DNA of 62,936 nucleotides, filler included, from Octopus bimaculoides (taxonomy: Eukaryota): assembly GCF_001194135.2 (NCBI RefSeq). It is 9 parts of 8 records of this genome, joined end to end, with 100 filler letters (N's around TTAATTAATTAA, not from the genome) between each part and the next. Parts side by side here need not be neighbours in the genome. Positions count along the whole stretch, not along the records: positions 33,384 to 54,022 come from NW_026321095.1; 8 more parts are not named here. One strand, given 5' to 3'. Shown one piece after another: positions 39,510 to 53,462 of this stretch (positions are counted from its first letter, which is position 1; every line of letters starts with the position of its first letter). The translations under genes were made by a program, and so were the position numbers. The notes beneath the pieces were generated by a model. The model was given only the letters and a program-made list of their open reading frames with translations, made no database searches and had not been told where the DNA came from.

Positions 39510-39930
39510 AAGGCGGCGAGCTGGCGGAATCGTTAGCACGCCGGGCAAAATGCTTAGCGGTATTTCGTCTGCCGCTACGTTCTGAGTTCAAATTCCGCCG
39601 AGGTCGACTTTGCCTTTCATCCTCTCGGGGATAAATTAAGTACCAGTTGCGTACTGGAGTCGATGTGATCGACCGTCCCCCTCCCCACAAAATCTAGGCC
39701 TTGTGCCTATAATTGAAAGGATTATTATTATTAGTAGTATTATCATTATTATCATCATATCATCATCATTATTATTATTATTATCATTATTATTGGTCGA
39801 GTTTGCCTGTGATCCTTTCGGGGTCGTTAAATTAAGTACCAGTTACGTACTGAGCTCGATCTAATCGACTGGCCCCCTCCCCACAAAATCTAGGCCTTGT
39901 GTCTATAGTAGATAGGATTATTATCATTAT
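39510..39930 (+). mobile_element. SINE family B, full copy with (ATT)n tail plus a tandem partial copy
   Basis: GGCGGCGAGCTGGCGGAATCGTTAGC head, GAGTTCAAATTCC B box, cctttcatcc/gataaattaagtacc core (Nin/Deu-domain-like, inference). Confidence 0.9.
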
Positions 39931-40129
39931 CAGTAGTAGTAGTGGCAGTGGTGGTGGCGGCGGCGGTGGTGGTGGCGGTAGCATTAGCAGTCGAGTTAAA
40001 TCGCTGTTAATCTAGTCCGATCGTTATGTTTATTTGCGTCATTGAAAGTTCCGTCACACAGTCAGTTGGTCATTAAAACCATTCTATGTTGTTTGTCAGT
40101 GTTAGTGCTGTAGGTATTAAAATTGTCAT

Positions 40130-40400
40130 TGTTGCTGTTGGTGTTGTTTCTTGTTGTTCTTTGAGTCGGTTTTGATGTCATTGTCGTTGTTTGTGTTGCT
40201 GTTGAAAGAGTTTTTGTTGTTGTTGATGTTGTTGTTTGTGCTGTTGTTCTGTGTTGTTTGCGTTGCTGTCAGTGTTGTTGTTGTTGTTTGTGCTGTTGTT
40301 GTTTGTGCTGTTGTTGTTGGTTGTGTTGTAGTTTGCGTTGTTGTTGTTATTTGTGTTGTTGTTGTTGATGGTGCTGACGATGTCGTTTGTGTTGTTAACG
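40130..40400. repeat. Degenerate (GTT)n tract
   Basis: Direct reading. Confidence 0.9.
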
Positions 40401-40419
40401 GTAGCCTGGTTATTTATGC

Positions 40420-41021
40420 TTGTTTATATTTTGCTGCTGAAGTTGCAAAGCGTCAGTGCAAAGTTTTGTGGGTTTATAGAATAGGAAAATTTGAGTGAAT
40501 TTTGTTGAAGATGGAGACATGGGATATGTGCTTTGACTAAGTTTGGCAAGTACATTGAGATGGGTATGGCTCGTTGTAGGTTAAAATATAGTTGTGGTGT
40601 TGTGCAAGCCGCACTCGATTTATAACCTTTGCACTGGCATTGCTGACACTACAAATATTTTTTATTGCTTGTTAAGATATATTTAATCTGTTACTTAAAA
40701 GTGCTGAGTTTTAAGGTATTAGTGTAGGTCTGTGCCTTGTTGTTGAGGCAAGTTTTGTTGTGCTGTTGTGCGGGTCTAGGTGATCTGTTTCTACAGAGAC
40801 TCTGATTGTGGAGGGTGAGCTGATTATTGACTGAAGTGTGATAATGCTATGGTTTCATTAGAGATTTTGGGTGGTGTGCACCGGTAGTTGAGAATCTAGG
40901 TGTCGTAGAAAGTCCACTTTTTAAATTTAAATTATTTGCTATGTTTAAGCAGATATTTATAAATATGGAAGTTAGGTCTGTCAAGAGCTCTGGAGTTTTT
41001 GAAGAGGCCTCAGTCAATAGA

Positions 41022-41066
<45 letters not shown>

Positions 41067-41480
41067 TCTAGTGTTCATAGAGAAAAGCCCAATCAGGTCA
41101 CTTCTCTCGGAAGATTAGATACTGCTTCAGCTGATCTGTCAGAAGGACTCCAACAAATGAAAGTAGAATTTTAAAGGCATGCAGGATAATATTTTTAGAG
41201 GAGAGCTTAAACGATAGGTGAGAAGCGACAAGCGTATAAAAGTGCTTCTAGAAGAAGGTATTTTGTGATTGATGGGTAGGGGTTTGCAATGTCATCTGTA
41301 AAAAAATATATTTGCATTTGTGCTGAATAGACTTGAGTCACTTTATTAATGCTTCTGAAGGTTTCAATAGGTTTAGCTGAGTTTTTCTCAATGATGGGGA
41401 CAGTTTTGCCTAGAAATGCCATGTCAGCTTTTCCTAGCAGGGCTTTCGTTGGTTCCATTAGACTAGTGGATGGGTAAATG
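40420..41480 (-). mobile_element. Possible decayed gag-like ORF1 of an I/Jockey-type LINE
   Basis: CQQCQCKGYKSSAAC (degenerate CX2CX4HX4C) near 40600-40645, with short ORF pieces upstream. Confidence 0.3.
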
Positions 41481-42254
41481 TAGAATTTACGTTAGTAAGA
41501 AATTAGATTGTGGTATTTTATTTTCGGTGCTTAGATTAATGGCTGTTGACAGAGCTTTTGTGTTTAGGTGAATAAAGATAGTTTTTGTGGGTGTATGTTA
41601 TGGGGTAGAATTGGACTCTCTTTTGTATTCTAGAGTTAGTTTCGTATTTTTTTTTGTCTGAAAATACACACATACACATTTGATATATAAAAAGAGGAAC
41701 ATAAAAAACTAACTCAGCAATACACAAACGAGCACTATCCAATCATGAAAAAGACACAGAAATCATCGTTTAACACGTTTATTCGCATAAACACGGAAGC
41801 CACGTAAAGAGCCGGAAAACCTCGAAGATAAAGTCGAGCTACCAGCACTTAAAAAAAAACAACAACCTTAACCCTCAAGTATCACAATCCAAATACCACA
41901 TTGATCATCTAAATACCTTGCAGAAAAGGATCAGAAAAGAAATTGTAGACAAAAGCTATCCACTTAAGAACTCATCCTAAAAAACAAATCCCCGAAAATA
42001 GTACCCATTCGGGGCCACATCAAGCCAAATCCAACCCATTTAAAGGCAACAGCCAATTTCTTAATTCCGTTAGCCTGGTGAGCCCCATACAGTCATTCAA
42101 CCACTGGTCATTATGAGATACCGAAACTCTCTATTTCCATTATAAATCGTTACCGTATTGAGTTCTCGAGTTTTTCTAATGGAAATAATAGTAGATTTTA
42201 CTTACTCTCTGTCTGTCTGTCTGTCTGTCTCTGCCTGTGGGTGGGTGTGTGCGT

Positions 42255-42525
42255 TTGATGATGACGATGACAACGTTGACGATGACAACGTTGACGATGA
42301 CAACGTTGACGATGATGATTATGAGAACGACAGCAACAACGATGAGAATGATGATGGTGCGGAGGAGGAGGAAGATGATGATGTTGATGATGATGATGGT
42401 GGTGGTTTTGTTTTTGCAACTGCTGTTGTTTCTCTTGTACATTTTTGTTGTTGTTCCTGTTGTTGTTGTTGTTGTTGTTGCTATTAATATTATGATTGTT
42501 GTGTTTCTGTTGTTGTTGTTGTTAA
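42255..42525. repeat. Degenerate (GAT)/(GTT) tract with three 15-bp units
   Basis: gacgatgacaacgtt repeated three times. Confidence 0.9.
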
Positions 42526-44202
42526 TGTTTCCTATTCTTTCTCTCACCTCTGACTTTTAAAATTGAGACTAAATATATAACAAATCATTCTTAATTTCCA
42601 TATTGATCTTCATGTATTTCTTTCGTGAACACACACACACACACACACACACAAACGTTTTGTATATGTGTGTGCGTGCGTGTGTGTGTGTATATGAGCA
42701 TATGCATACATACATTATNNNNNNNNNNNNNNNNNNNNNNNNNNNNNNNNNNNNNNNNNNNNNNNNNNNNNNNNNNNNNNNNNNNNNNNNNNNNNNNNNN
42801 NNNNNNNNNNNNNNNNNNNNNNNNNNNNNNNNNNNNNNNNNNNNNNNNNNNNNNNNNNNNNNNNNNNNNNNNNNNNNNNNNNNNNNNNNNNNNNNNNNNN
42901 NNNNNNNNNNNNNNNNNNNNNNNNNNNNNNNNNNNNNNNNNNNNNNNNNNNNNNNNNNNNNNNNNNNNNNNNNNNNNNNNNNNNNNNNNNNNNNNNNNNN
43001 NNNNNNNNNNNNNNNNNNNNNNNNNNNNNNNNNNNNNNNNNNNNNNNNNNNNNNNNNNNNNNNNNNNNNNNNNNNNNNNNNNNNNNNNNNNNNNNNNNNN
43101 NNNNNNNNNNNNNNNNNNNNNNNNNNNNNNNNNNNNNNNNNNNNNNNNNNNNNNNNNNNNNNNNNNNNNNNNNNNNNNNNNNNNNNNNNNNNNNNNNNNA
43201 TATATATATATATATATATATATATATACGTGCATGTATGTATGTATATATGTATACAGTCATACACAAAACACTGTTGGCTGTCAGTAATTATCTGCTG
43301 TACAAAGAATACATCTTAATTACTGATTTCTTACTGTATTTCAAACAACATAGGTGCTCTCCCCTTATTCACTCATCATCACCTGCCCTCCTTCTCCCTC
43401 TCTCTCTCTCTCGATCTATCTATGGTGTGTGAAATACAGTAAGAAATCTATCTGTCTGTCTGTCTGCTTGCCTGCCTGCCTGTCTCTATATGATCTATCA
43501 TTCTTTGTTTCACTCACTCACTCAGTCCATCGATCACCCAGTTTCCTGCTTTCTTTATGTCTGTCCCTCTTTATACTATATGCACATGTGGGAATGCGTG
43601 TGTGTGTGTGTGCGTGTGTGTGTGTGCATGTATGCGTGTTAATTAATCACAATACAAAACACAACGTATACATATATATACGTATGTAAACACACACACA
43701 CACACATATACATATATATGTTTATATGATCATATACAAATACATACATCGACATACCCGCATACATACATACATACATACATACATACATACACACACA
43801 CATAGTATTATTGTTATACACAGCTTGACGCCTATATCATCACAGTAACAGGAACTGAACTCGTTAGTTCTTAATAATACGCATTTGTTTAAGTTATTAC
43901 GCACAGCAAAACCATCCACGACCACCCACACTGAGATATTTAACTTCTTATGTCAAGTCATCATTCAAGCTATATATGTATGTATGTATACATACATACA
44001 TTTATATATATATNNNNNNNNNNNNNNNNNNNNNNNNNNNNNNNNNNNNNNNNNNNNNNNNNNNNNNNNNNNNNNNNNNNNNNNNNNNNNNNNNNNNNNN
44101 NNNNNNNNNNNNNNNNNNNNNNNNNNNNNNNNNNNNNNNNNNNNNNNNNNNNNNNNNNNNNNNNNNNNNNNNNNNNNNNNNNNNNNNNNNNNNNNNNNNN
44201 NN

Positions 44203-44258
<56 letters not shown>

Positions 44259-44299
44259 CTCTCTCTCTATCTCTCTTTCTCTCTCTCTCGCTCTCTCTC

Positions 44300-44640
44300 T
44301 CTTCTGCAGTGTCAGATCCAGTGGGCTCTCGCTTTAGGGAAGTTTGACGAAAGTGATGTTGTTATGGAAAATCTTCGACCATGTTTGGCATACAAATCTA
44401 TCAAAACTTCCTGACAACGAGCTCCACCTATCTCCAAATCCTTGGATCGGAATCTGCCTATCAAATCGCAACAATGTGGCTTGTATTTTGACGGAGCTAT
44501 TTCTTCCCTACTATCAGTCAACTCTCAGGGTTCACTTTGTCCCCTATTCTTTTCCTGTTATAAAGCAATGACCTACTTGCCGTCACGTCCAGCAACACCC
44601 ATCCTTATGAAGGTAATAAGCCCTTCATTTCTCACAAACG
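44300..44640 (+). mobile_element. Decayed Jockey/CR1-group RT fragment
   Basis: KIFDHVWHTNLSKLP...WIGICLSNR, followed by QGS.CP.F...NDLL-like residues in shifted frames. Confidence 0.6.
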
Positions 44641-45285
44641 TCCCATAATTTTGTATCATCCACGTGCAACCTTGACAGCATATGCTAAATCTGCTTTGTA
44701 CTGCAACCGAACAGCGGTCTGCTAGAGCCCTCAAACTTGCTGTAAATAGTGGACCTAATTGTCATCGAAGATTTTTCCTGGTGAAAACACCTCCTTAGCA
44801 TAGCTAGGACCGCTTATATCTCAATCAATATGCATACATCCCCCGCACACAATCTAATGGAAGGGTAAAGAAGTTAACATTATGGTTCTTGAACGTAAAG
44901 TAGTGTCTAAAAATTCAACTGTGTCGGCCATGTTTAACTTTGTGATAATTTCTATGGCTTTCTCAAATTACATAGTTGAGTACATTTATGTCTTTTCAAC
45001 TGAAAATCTATTACATGTGCTGTGAATTATGTTATTTAGTACTTTTTGCCTTATTTGATATGCTGGGAAAGATGGAAATATTTAAAATTTTCTTAATTCT
45101 TTGAACTTGTCTGAATTTTTTGAAAATTTACATTTCTTATCGGGTAGAATAAATCCGTTTCAAATGTTATTAATAATATCTTTTGAAGAGGGCATTAATA
45201 TGTACGTCTTCATAGTAATACTTACATAGCGGTTCGGTAAAAAAGCCCAATAAAATAAGTACCTGGTTAAGCAAAATAAATAAAT

Positions 45286-45323
<38 letters not shown>

Positions 45324-45342
45324 ACACACACACATACATATA

Positions 45343-45508
45343 TACGACGAGCTTCTTCCAGTTTCCTTCTACCAAATCCACTTACAAGGCTTTGGTCGGC
45401 CCGGAGCTTTAATAGGAGACATTTACCCAAGGTGCCACGCAGTGGGACTGAACCCACCCGAAACCTTGTGGTTGGGAAGCAAGCTTCTTACCACACAGCC
45501 ACGCCTGC
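45343..45508 (-). mobile_element. SINE family A head
   Basis: Matches the head. Confidence 0.9.
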
Positions 45509-45529
45509 AAGTATAAGCAATCTGTTGCG

Positions 45530-45598
45530 CATAAATTTTAACAACAAAATCTTATATGGACTCTCAAGAGCCATATCGACCCCGGTTAAAAACCACTG
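45530..45598. mobile_element. hAT (Charlie-like) MITE end
   Basis: Reverse complement CAGTGGTTTTTAACCGGGGTC. Confidence 0.5.
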
Positions 45599-45799
45599 GT
45601 ACACACAGCCTTAAGCTAACAGACCCGAAAGTGCCTTCTCTATAAAAACGTCACCCTGGGCGGATCGACATCCTTTTTTGGTGCCCCACCTCCCAGCCAC
45701 GTTAAAGACCACTGCGCGATTGTACGATGTTACCAACACTACGCAACTCTACTATGTCACCAACATTACGCTGCAATTCATCGCTACGTAAACACTACC

Positions 45800-46370
45800 A
45801 CACTGTCCTATAGCTGCACCACCACTGCACCACTACACTACACTAGCACCACGCAGCCACCTCCACTACTAACACAACACCGTCATCGATACACTGCCAC
45901 CATAATCACCACAACCATGTGACATTTGCCATTACAAAACACTTATACATCTACGCCACCACACAACCAACACCACAACTACCATCCTCACAACCACCAC
46001 TACCACCACCACCACTATTATCACCATCAATACCACCACCACAACCACCACTACCACCACTATCACAACAACCAACACCACCATCACCATCACCACCGCC
46101 AACACCAACACAAGAACCACAACTACCACCAGCACCAACACCAAAATCGCAACCGTTACAACCACTAATACCATGAACAGAACCTTGACAGTCGCCATCG
46201 TCACAATCCCCACCTCCAATCACCAACATCAACACTGCTACCACCACCGCCATCACCACCACCACCATCACCACAACCACGTCACATCTACCACAACAAA
46301 ACTCTTCCACAACTATACCACCACAACCACCAACACCATCACACCGCACCACTACCGCTACCATTATACT
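45800..46370. repeat. Degenerate (ACC/CAC)n tract
   Basis: Direct reading. Confidence 0.9.
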
Positions 46371-48008
46371 AAAGCACTACTCTTACAATGTTCTAAACTT
46401 TGTTTACGACTACCATATGTTTCATACTATGTTTTTGTCTTCTTCATATTTTCTATTCCTCATCCTCTCCTTCACCTTTCTTATTACCTTCATTTCTTCC
46501 CCCACCACCGCCTCTGTTTCTTCTTCTTCTTCTTCTTCTTCTTCTTCTTCTTCTTCTTCTTCTCCTCCTTCATACACACACACACACACACACACAAACA
46601 TGTACATATACAAATATACTTATCTTCTTACCTACGCTTTAACAAATATACACATTCATTCATATATCCATCCATCCATCCATCCGTACCTGCACACACA
46701 GACGCGTACACATATCCATCCATCCATCCATCCATCCATCCATCCATCCATCCATGTATACAATTATGCACACATACAACCATCCATACAAATATGCATA
46801 CATACATATATATTTTCATACATGCATACACACATACACACATTCATACACACACACACACATACATTTATACAATTATGCACACATAGAACCATCCATG
46901 CAAATACGCGTATATACATATATTTACATACATACGCACACACATGCATGCATACCCACACACATAAACAAACAAACAAACAAACACACACACATACACA
47001 CACTTCCATCGATTACATACGTCAATATCCCTATCGTCTGCTCGCTTCCATTTGCTCAACGGAAATATTATTCTATTAATCAGATAATAATTAAATAATT
47101 CAAACTAATCTTACCTTGTATTTGATTTAATCTAATGTCAATAGGTGTGTTTGTTTTTTCCACGTATTTATGTATGCGTTTAAGTGTGTGTATGTGTGTG
47201 TGTGTGTATGTGCGTGCCTTCATGCATGTGAGTACATGTGTGCGTGTGTTTGTGTGTGTGTGTGTGAGTGTGTGTGTGCTTGCGTTTATACAAATATTTC
47301 AATATCCACGCATTCCTCCCCACCCCCTTGTATTTCTACTTCATTACTTTGGACAAACATGCACGAACACACACATACACACGTGCACAAAGATACGTAT
47401 TCACTCACTCAAACATGGACACGCATATATATATATATATATATATANNNNNNNNNNNNNNNNNNNNNNNNNNNNNNNNNNNNNNNNNNNNNNNNNNNNN
47501 NNNNNNNNNNNNNNNNNNNNNNNNNNNNNNNNNNNNNNNNNNNNNNNNNNNNNNNNNNNNNNNNNNNNNNNNNNNNNNNNNNNNNNNNNNNNNNNNNNNN
47601 NNNNNNNNNNNNNNNNNNNNNNNNNNNNNNNNNNNNNNNNNNNNNNNNNNNNNNNNNNNNNNNNNNNNNNNNNNNNNNNNNNNNNNNNNNNNNNNNNNNN
47701 NNNNNNNNNNNNNNNNNNNNNNNNNNNNNNNNNNNNNNNNNNNNNNNNNNNNNNNNNNNNNNNNNNNNNNNNNNNNNNNNNNNNNNNNNNNNNNNNNNNN
47801 NNNNNNNNNNNNNNNNNNNNNNNNNNNNNNNNNNNNNNNNNNNNNNNNNNNNNNNNNNNNNNNNNNNNNNNNNNNNNNNNNNNNNNNNNNNNNNNNNNNN
47901 NNNNNNNNNNNNNNNNNNNNNNNNNNNNNNNNNNNNNNNNNNNNNNNNNNNNNNNNNNNNNNNNNNNNNNNNNNNNNNNNNNNNNNNNNNNNNNNNNNNN
48001 NNNNNNNN

Positions 48009-48056
<48 letters not shown>

Positions 48057-48729
48057 GTTCGTGTCTGTGTTGTATGTTTAATATATCATTTAGACATATA
48101 TGTAGATAATATTATTAGCTCTTAATTGCGTATGTATGTGTATACATATATATATACACAGACACACACATACATATACACTCACTAGAAAGGACTTTTC
48201 TAAACAAAACAAAAAAACAAAAGAAATTAACGCCTTATTATTCGTGTGTATATGTGTATAAGAAGACATATGTGTCTGCGTATGTACATGTGCAATAATG
48301 CATGTGTGTAAATGCGTACGTTACTAGATGTCTGTATGACTATATGCATGCATATATGTATATAGTTATATATACATTTGTATGTATGTATGTATGTATT
48401 GGTGTGTGTGTGTTTGTGTGTAATTGTTTGTATGCATACTTGTAAATACAAGGGCGCGCGCGCTCGCATCTAAATATCTAATATGATGATAATACTGATG
48501 ATGATGATGGTGTGGGTAGTGTGATGGTGGAGGTGGTGGTGGTGGTGATGATAATTAAGATGGTGGTTGTGATGATGTGTTAGGGTGGGAAGGAGGAAGA
48601 TGGCGAGGTTGTGGAGGACTCTGAAGCGTGTAATCCTACGTTAAACGATGTCTTACCAATACATCACATCAGTAGAGGAAATCAGAAATCAAATCTGACA
48701 AGCTTATTACTTCAACTTGAATGGATTTC

Positions 48730-50230
48730 TTGTGTAAGTGATCACACCGTTACACCATCATAACTCCACACTACTACACCATCACATCTAAGACCGTTTC
48801 AGCGTTACACTCTCACATTGTGACACCGTGACGCCATCACGCTACCACACCGTCCTGCCCGCCATCAGACTGTTGTACAGTTACACCGTAGCACAGCTAC
48901 ATCGTTGCACGGTCACACCGTTGGACAGTAACGCCGTCATGCCGTCACGCCGTCACAGCGTTACTACAGTATCAATCTGTGACAGCGTTACACCGTCACA
49001 CTCGTACAGCTTACACCATCATACCATCGCACTATCACATCATCACACCGTCAGACTGTTCCAGTGTTACACTGCAACATCGTGACACTATGGCACCGTC
49101 ACGCTGTCACATCGTGCCGCCATCAGACTGTTGTAAAGTTATACCACCGCACAGTCATACCATCAAGCTGTTGCAACGTTATGCCGTCACAGTGTTACAG
49201 CTTACATGATCATACATTCACACTGTCACATCATCATATCGTCAGATCGTTCCAATGTTACACTGTCACGCAGTCACGTTGTGACACCATCGTGTTGTCA
49301 CACCGTCCGCCCGTCGAACTGCTGTAAAGTTACACCGTCGTACAGTCACACTGTCGCGCAGTCACACAGTCATACCGTCACACCATCATAGCGTTACAGC
49401 ATCAAGCTATTACTGCGTTACACTTTCACGCTTTTACAGCGTCAGATTGTTGGCGTTTTACTCCGTTGCACAGTCACACCGATATGCTGTCATGCCGTTA
49501 CAAAGTGAGGCTGTTGTAGCTTTAGCCGTCACAGTGTAACAATGTTACAGTGTTACCGCGCCAGGCTCTTGCAGCATTACACTGGTACACTGTCACGTCG
49601 TCACACCGTTATAGCGTCAGATTGTTGGAGTTTTACACCTTCACACTGTTACAACATTACTCCGTCACGCCGTTACAGAACCAGGCAGTTGCAGCTTCAC
49701 ACCGTCACACAGCTACCACTCTACGCTGTCATACTGTCACACTGTCACGCTATTACACCGTCACAGCCTCACAGAGTCAGACAGTTGGAGCTTTAAACCG
49801 TTAGACTGTCACGACGTTACAGGTTTACATCGTCAAACTGTCACAGTTATATCGTTACACCATCAGTCACACCAACAGTCACACCAACTCACTGTCACAA
49901 TGGCCCACCATTACAATGTCACACTGTCCATACCCTGCCACCGTCACAATGGCACTTCCTTATTCTTCTACACAGTTACGCCATCGTAACGTCACATTGT
50001 CATACCGTCACACTATTACACGTTTACACCGTCACATCGTCGCACAAGCGCACTGATAAACAGTCATATTGTCCCACTTTTTCAACGACACATTGTCTCA
50101 TCGTACCGATGTGACACTGTCACTCCGTCATGCAGTCACACAGTCACACTGCCATACGTCCCTAATTCACTGTACCTCCAGTGTTACACATCGACCCATC
50201 TGTTATACAATCATATCACAGCACTGGAAC
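48730..50230. repeat. Degenerate GTYACA(C/G) minisatellite array
   Basis: GTCACA/GTTACA-like motifs recur about every 8-12 nt over 1.5 kb. Confidence 0.85.
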
Positions 50231-50499
50231 CATTATATCTCTTAGTATTTCACCGTGAAGCTCACTGGTTGTCGAAAGACACCTGCTTGAGTCATATTGA
50301 AAACAAGTATGTTTTTATATGAGACAATTAGAAGTTCAAAAGTGAAGTCTTATCTGTCAGATTTATATTTAAAATTTAATGATATGAATTTGTTGCCGTA
50401 AGGAGACGAACTGAAGCTGGTTAAAACTAGAGTTGTTATATTTGTGTGCTTGTTTTAGAATTTATTCTTTTCAAATGTAACTGGCAAGCTTGAGAATTT

Positions 50500-50783
50500 T
50501 ACTAGTTCCCAAGTCTATCGTTCTCTTTTGCCGAACCGCTGGTTTACGGGAACGTAAACACACCAACATCGGTTGTCAAGCGATAGTGAGGGGACAAACA
50601 CAGGCACACAAACACACACACACACACGATGGGCTTCTATCAGTTTCTGTCTACCAAATCCACTCACAAGGCTATGGTCGACACGAGGCTATAGTAGAAG
50701 ACACCTACCCAAGGTGCCACGCAGTGTGACTGAACTCAGAACCATGTAGTTGGGAAGCAAACTTCCTACCACACAACCACTCC
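50500..50783 (-). mobile_element. SINE family A
   Basis: Colinear with 130-400. Confidence 0.9.
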
Positions 50784-50802
50784 AATAAAAGCAATATTAG
50801 TT

Positions 50803-51245
50803 AAAAATTTTGGCCCAAGGTCAGCAATTTCGAGAGAGGATGTAAGTCGATGTAATCGACCCGAGTGTTTTACTGGTACTTATTTTATCGACCCCGAAAG
50901 GATGAAAGGCTAAATAGACCGCGACGGGATTTGAACTTAGAATGTAAAGACGGACGAAATGTCATTAAGCATTTTGTTCGGCGCAGTAACGATTCTGTCA
51001 GCTCGTCGCCTAAAATTATTTTTATTAATAAAATCAATTTTGGCTTAAAATTTCGGCACAAGGCCTGCAAGTTCGTGGGGAGACAGTAAGTGTTCAAATG
51101 GTGCTTGCTTTATCGACCCCCGAAAGGGGATGAACAGCAGAGTCGACCTCGGCGGAATTTGAACTCTCTTCAGAACGTAAAGACGAACGCAACGCCGCTA
51201 AGCTTTTGCCTGGTGTTTTACCGATTCTGCCAGTTCGCCACCTTA
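50803..51245 (-). mobile_element. Two tandem SINE family B copies
   Basis: 50803-51011 and 51043-51245 each match the consensus. Confidence 0.9.
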
Positions 51246-52101
51246 AATAATTTTTATCAATAACAATATTTTTCTTAGTGGTTTTGTTGATGTTGTTCTT
51301 GGTGTTGCCGTTGCTATTGTCGACGTTGTTGTTGTTATCATTCTTGTTTTATTAAACAGTTTGCATTTCAAACAGGAATAATTTGCTTTGCCAATTTTCC
51401 AAATTTCCCTCAGTCTACGTGGCCGTTCATTTGTCTCCTTCCCTCTCTTTCCTCCCTCCCTCCGATTCTCTCTCTCTCTCTTTCCGTCTTCACCATTCTT
51501 CTCATACTCCACCTCCTCCATCTCCCATTATCCATGCATTCACATACTTCCACTCCAGCATTCGCTCTCATACACCTTCCCTCTCTGTCACGTGCTCATT
51601 CTATTTAAGTGTTACTTCCAGCAATTATCACATTACACTCCTTTCTGGTCAGCGCTTCCTATAAATGGATGCATATGTGTTCGTATATATGTATGTATGT
51701 ATGTATGTATGCACACATACACACACACATATATGTGTGTGTGTATATATATATNNNNNNNNNNNNNNNNNNNNNNNNNNNNNNNNNNNNNNNNNNNNNN
51801 NNNNNNNNNNNNNNNNNNNNNNNNNNNNNNNNNNNNNNNNNNNNNNNNNNNNNNNNNNNNNNNNNNNNNNNNNNNNNNNNNNNNNNNNNNNNNNNNNNNN
51901 NNNNNNNNNNNNNNNNNNNNNNNNNNNNNNNNNNNNNNNNNNNNNNNNNNNNNNNNNNNNNNNNNNNNNNNNNNNNNNNNNNNNNNNNNNNNNNNNNNNN
52001 NNNNNNNNNNNNNNNNNNNNNNNNNNNNNNNNNNNNNNNNNNNNNNNNNNNNNNNNNNNNNNNNNNNNNNNNNNNNNNNNNNNNNNNNNNNNNNNNNNNN
52101 N

Positions 52102-52158
<57 letters not shown>

Positions 52159-53462
52159 AAAAAAGAGAGAGAGGAGATGGTGAGAGAAGGGTGTGGAAAG
52201 AGGTAGAAAAAGAAAGAGAGAAAGATAGAGAATAGAAGAGAAAGAAAGAGAGATCAAATGGCGTAAAAAGAGGGCTGTCTTCAGTAGGTTTGACACGCCC
52301 CTTCTCGATGCTAAAATCTCTCTCGGCCTTGCTTATCGCGATGGTAGATCAAGGTATAGTCAATGGTTCGCAGCGTCCGCAATTTAATCAAATCCTGTCT
52401 GATACCAGCAATATTTGATCCACTGGAAACGTATATATAACACAACCAACCATGTTACTCACTTCATTCCGCCCTCACTAGGATAGGACGGCAGGCTATC
52501 ACAAACCGTCGGATAAACTGGTTTGACTTCCGACGACCTGGTTTCAAGTTTGATCCCACTATGGTACAATTTAAAAAGAAAATTGAACCATAGCCTGAGG
52601 TCGATCGAAGGGTTTTGAGGCAAAAATTAGGTAGAATGGGGGATGGGATGGAAATTGGTGGAACGCCATCTGAGAGACCACTCTTACTGTTCTTGGGTAG
52701 CAGATATAATCCGTGACTCATTTTAATAAACCACTACTGAGTTTTTGGTTATGCCTGAGGTGAAGTTGCATCGGGTNNNNNNNNNNNNNNNNNNNNNNNN
52801 NNNNNNNNNNNNNNNNNNNNNNNNNNNNNNNNNNNNNNNNNNNNNNNNNNNNNNNNNNNNNNNNNNNNNNNNNNNNNNNNNNNNNNNNNNNNNNNNNNNN
52901 NNNNNNNNNNNNNNNNNNNNNNNNNNNNNNNNNNNNNNNNNNNNNNNNNNNNNNNNNNNNNNNNNNNNNNNNNNNNNNNNNNNNNNNNNNNNNNNNNNNN
53001 NNNNNNNNNNNNNNNNNNNNNNNNNNNNNNNNNNNNNNNNNNNNNNNNNNNNNNNNNNNNNNNNNNNNNNNNNNNNNNNNNNNNNNNNNNNNNNNNNNNN
53101 NNNNNNNNNNNNNNNNNNNNNNNNNNNNNNNNNNNNNNNNNNNNNNNNNNNNNNNNNNNNNNNNNNNNNNNNNNNNNNNNNNNNNNNNNNNNNNNNNNNN
53201 NNNNNNNNNNNNNNNNNNNNNNNNNNNNNNNNNNNNNNNNNNNNNNNNNNNNNNNNNNNNNNNNNNNNNNNNNNNNNNNNNNNNNNNNNNNNNNNNNNNN
53301 NNNNNNNNNNNNNNNNNNNNNNNNNNNNNNNNNNNNNNNNNNNNNNNNNNNNNNNNNNNNNNNNNNNNNNNNNNNNNNNNNNNNNNNNNNNNNNNNNNNN
53401 NNNNNNNNNNNNNNNNNNNNNNNNNNNNNNNNNATATATATATATATATATATATACATATA

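Noticed and set aside
52462-52517. Minus-strand YPTVCDSLPSYPSEGGM, resembling calcitonin receptor LPAYQGEG, with a GTGAGT donor
   Set aside because: The acceptor lies in a degraded SINE A head (52508-52610) and lacks a pyrimidine tract, and the donor position and phase differ from expectation; probably chance.
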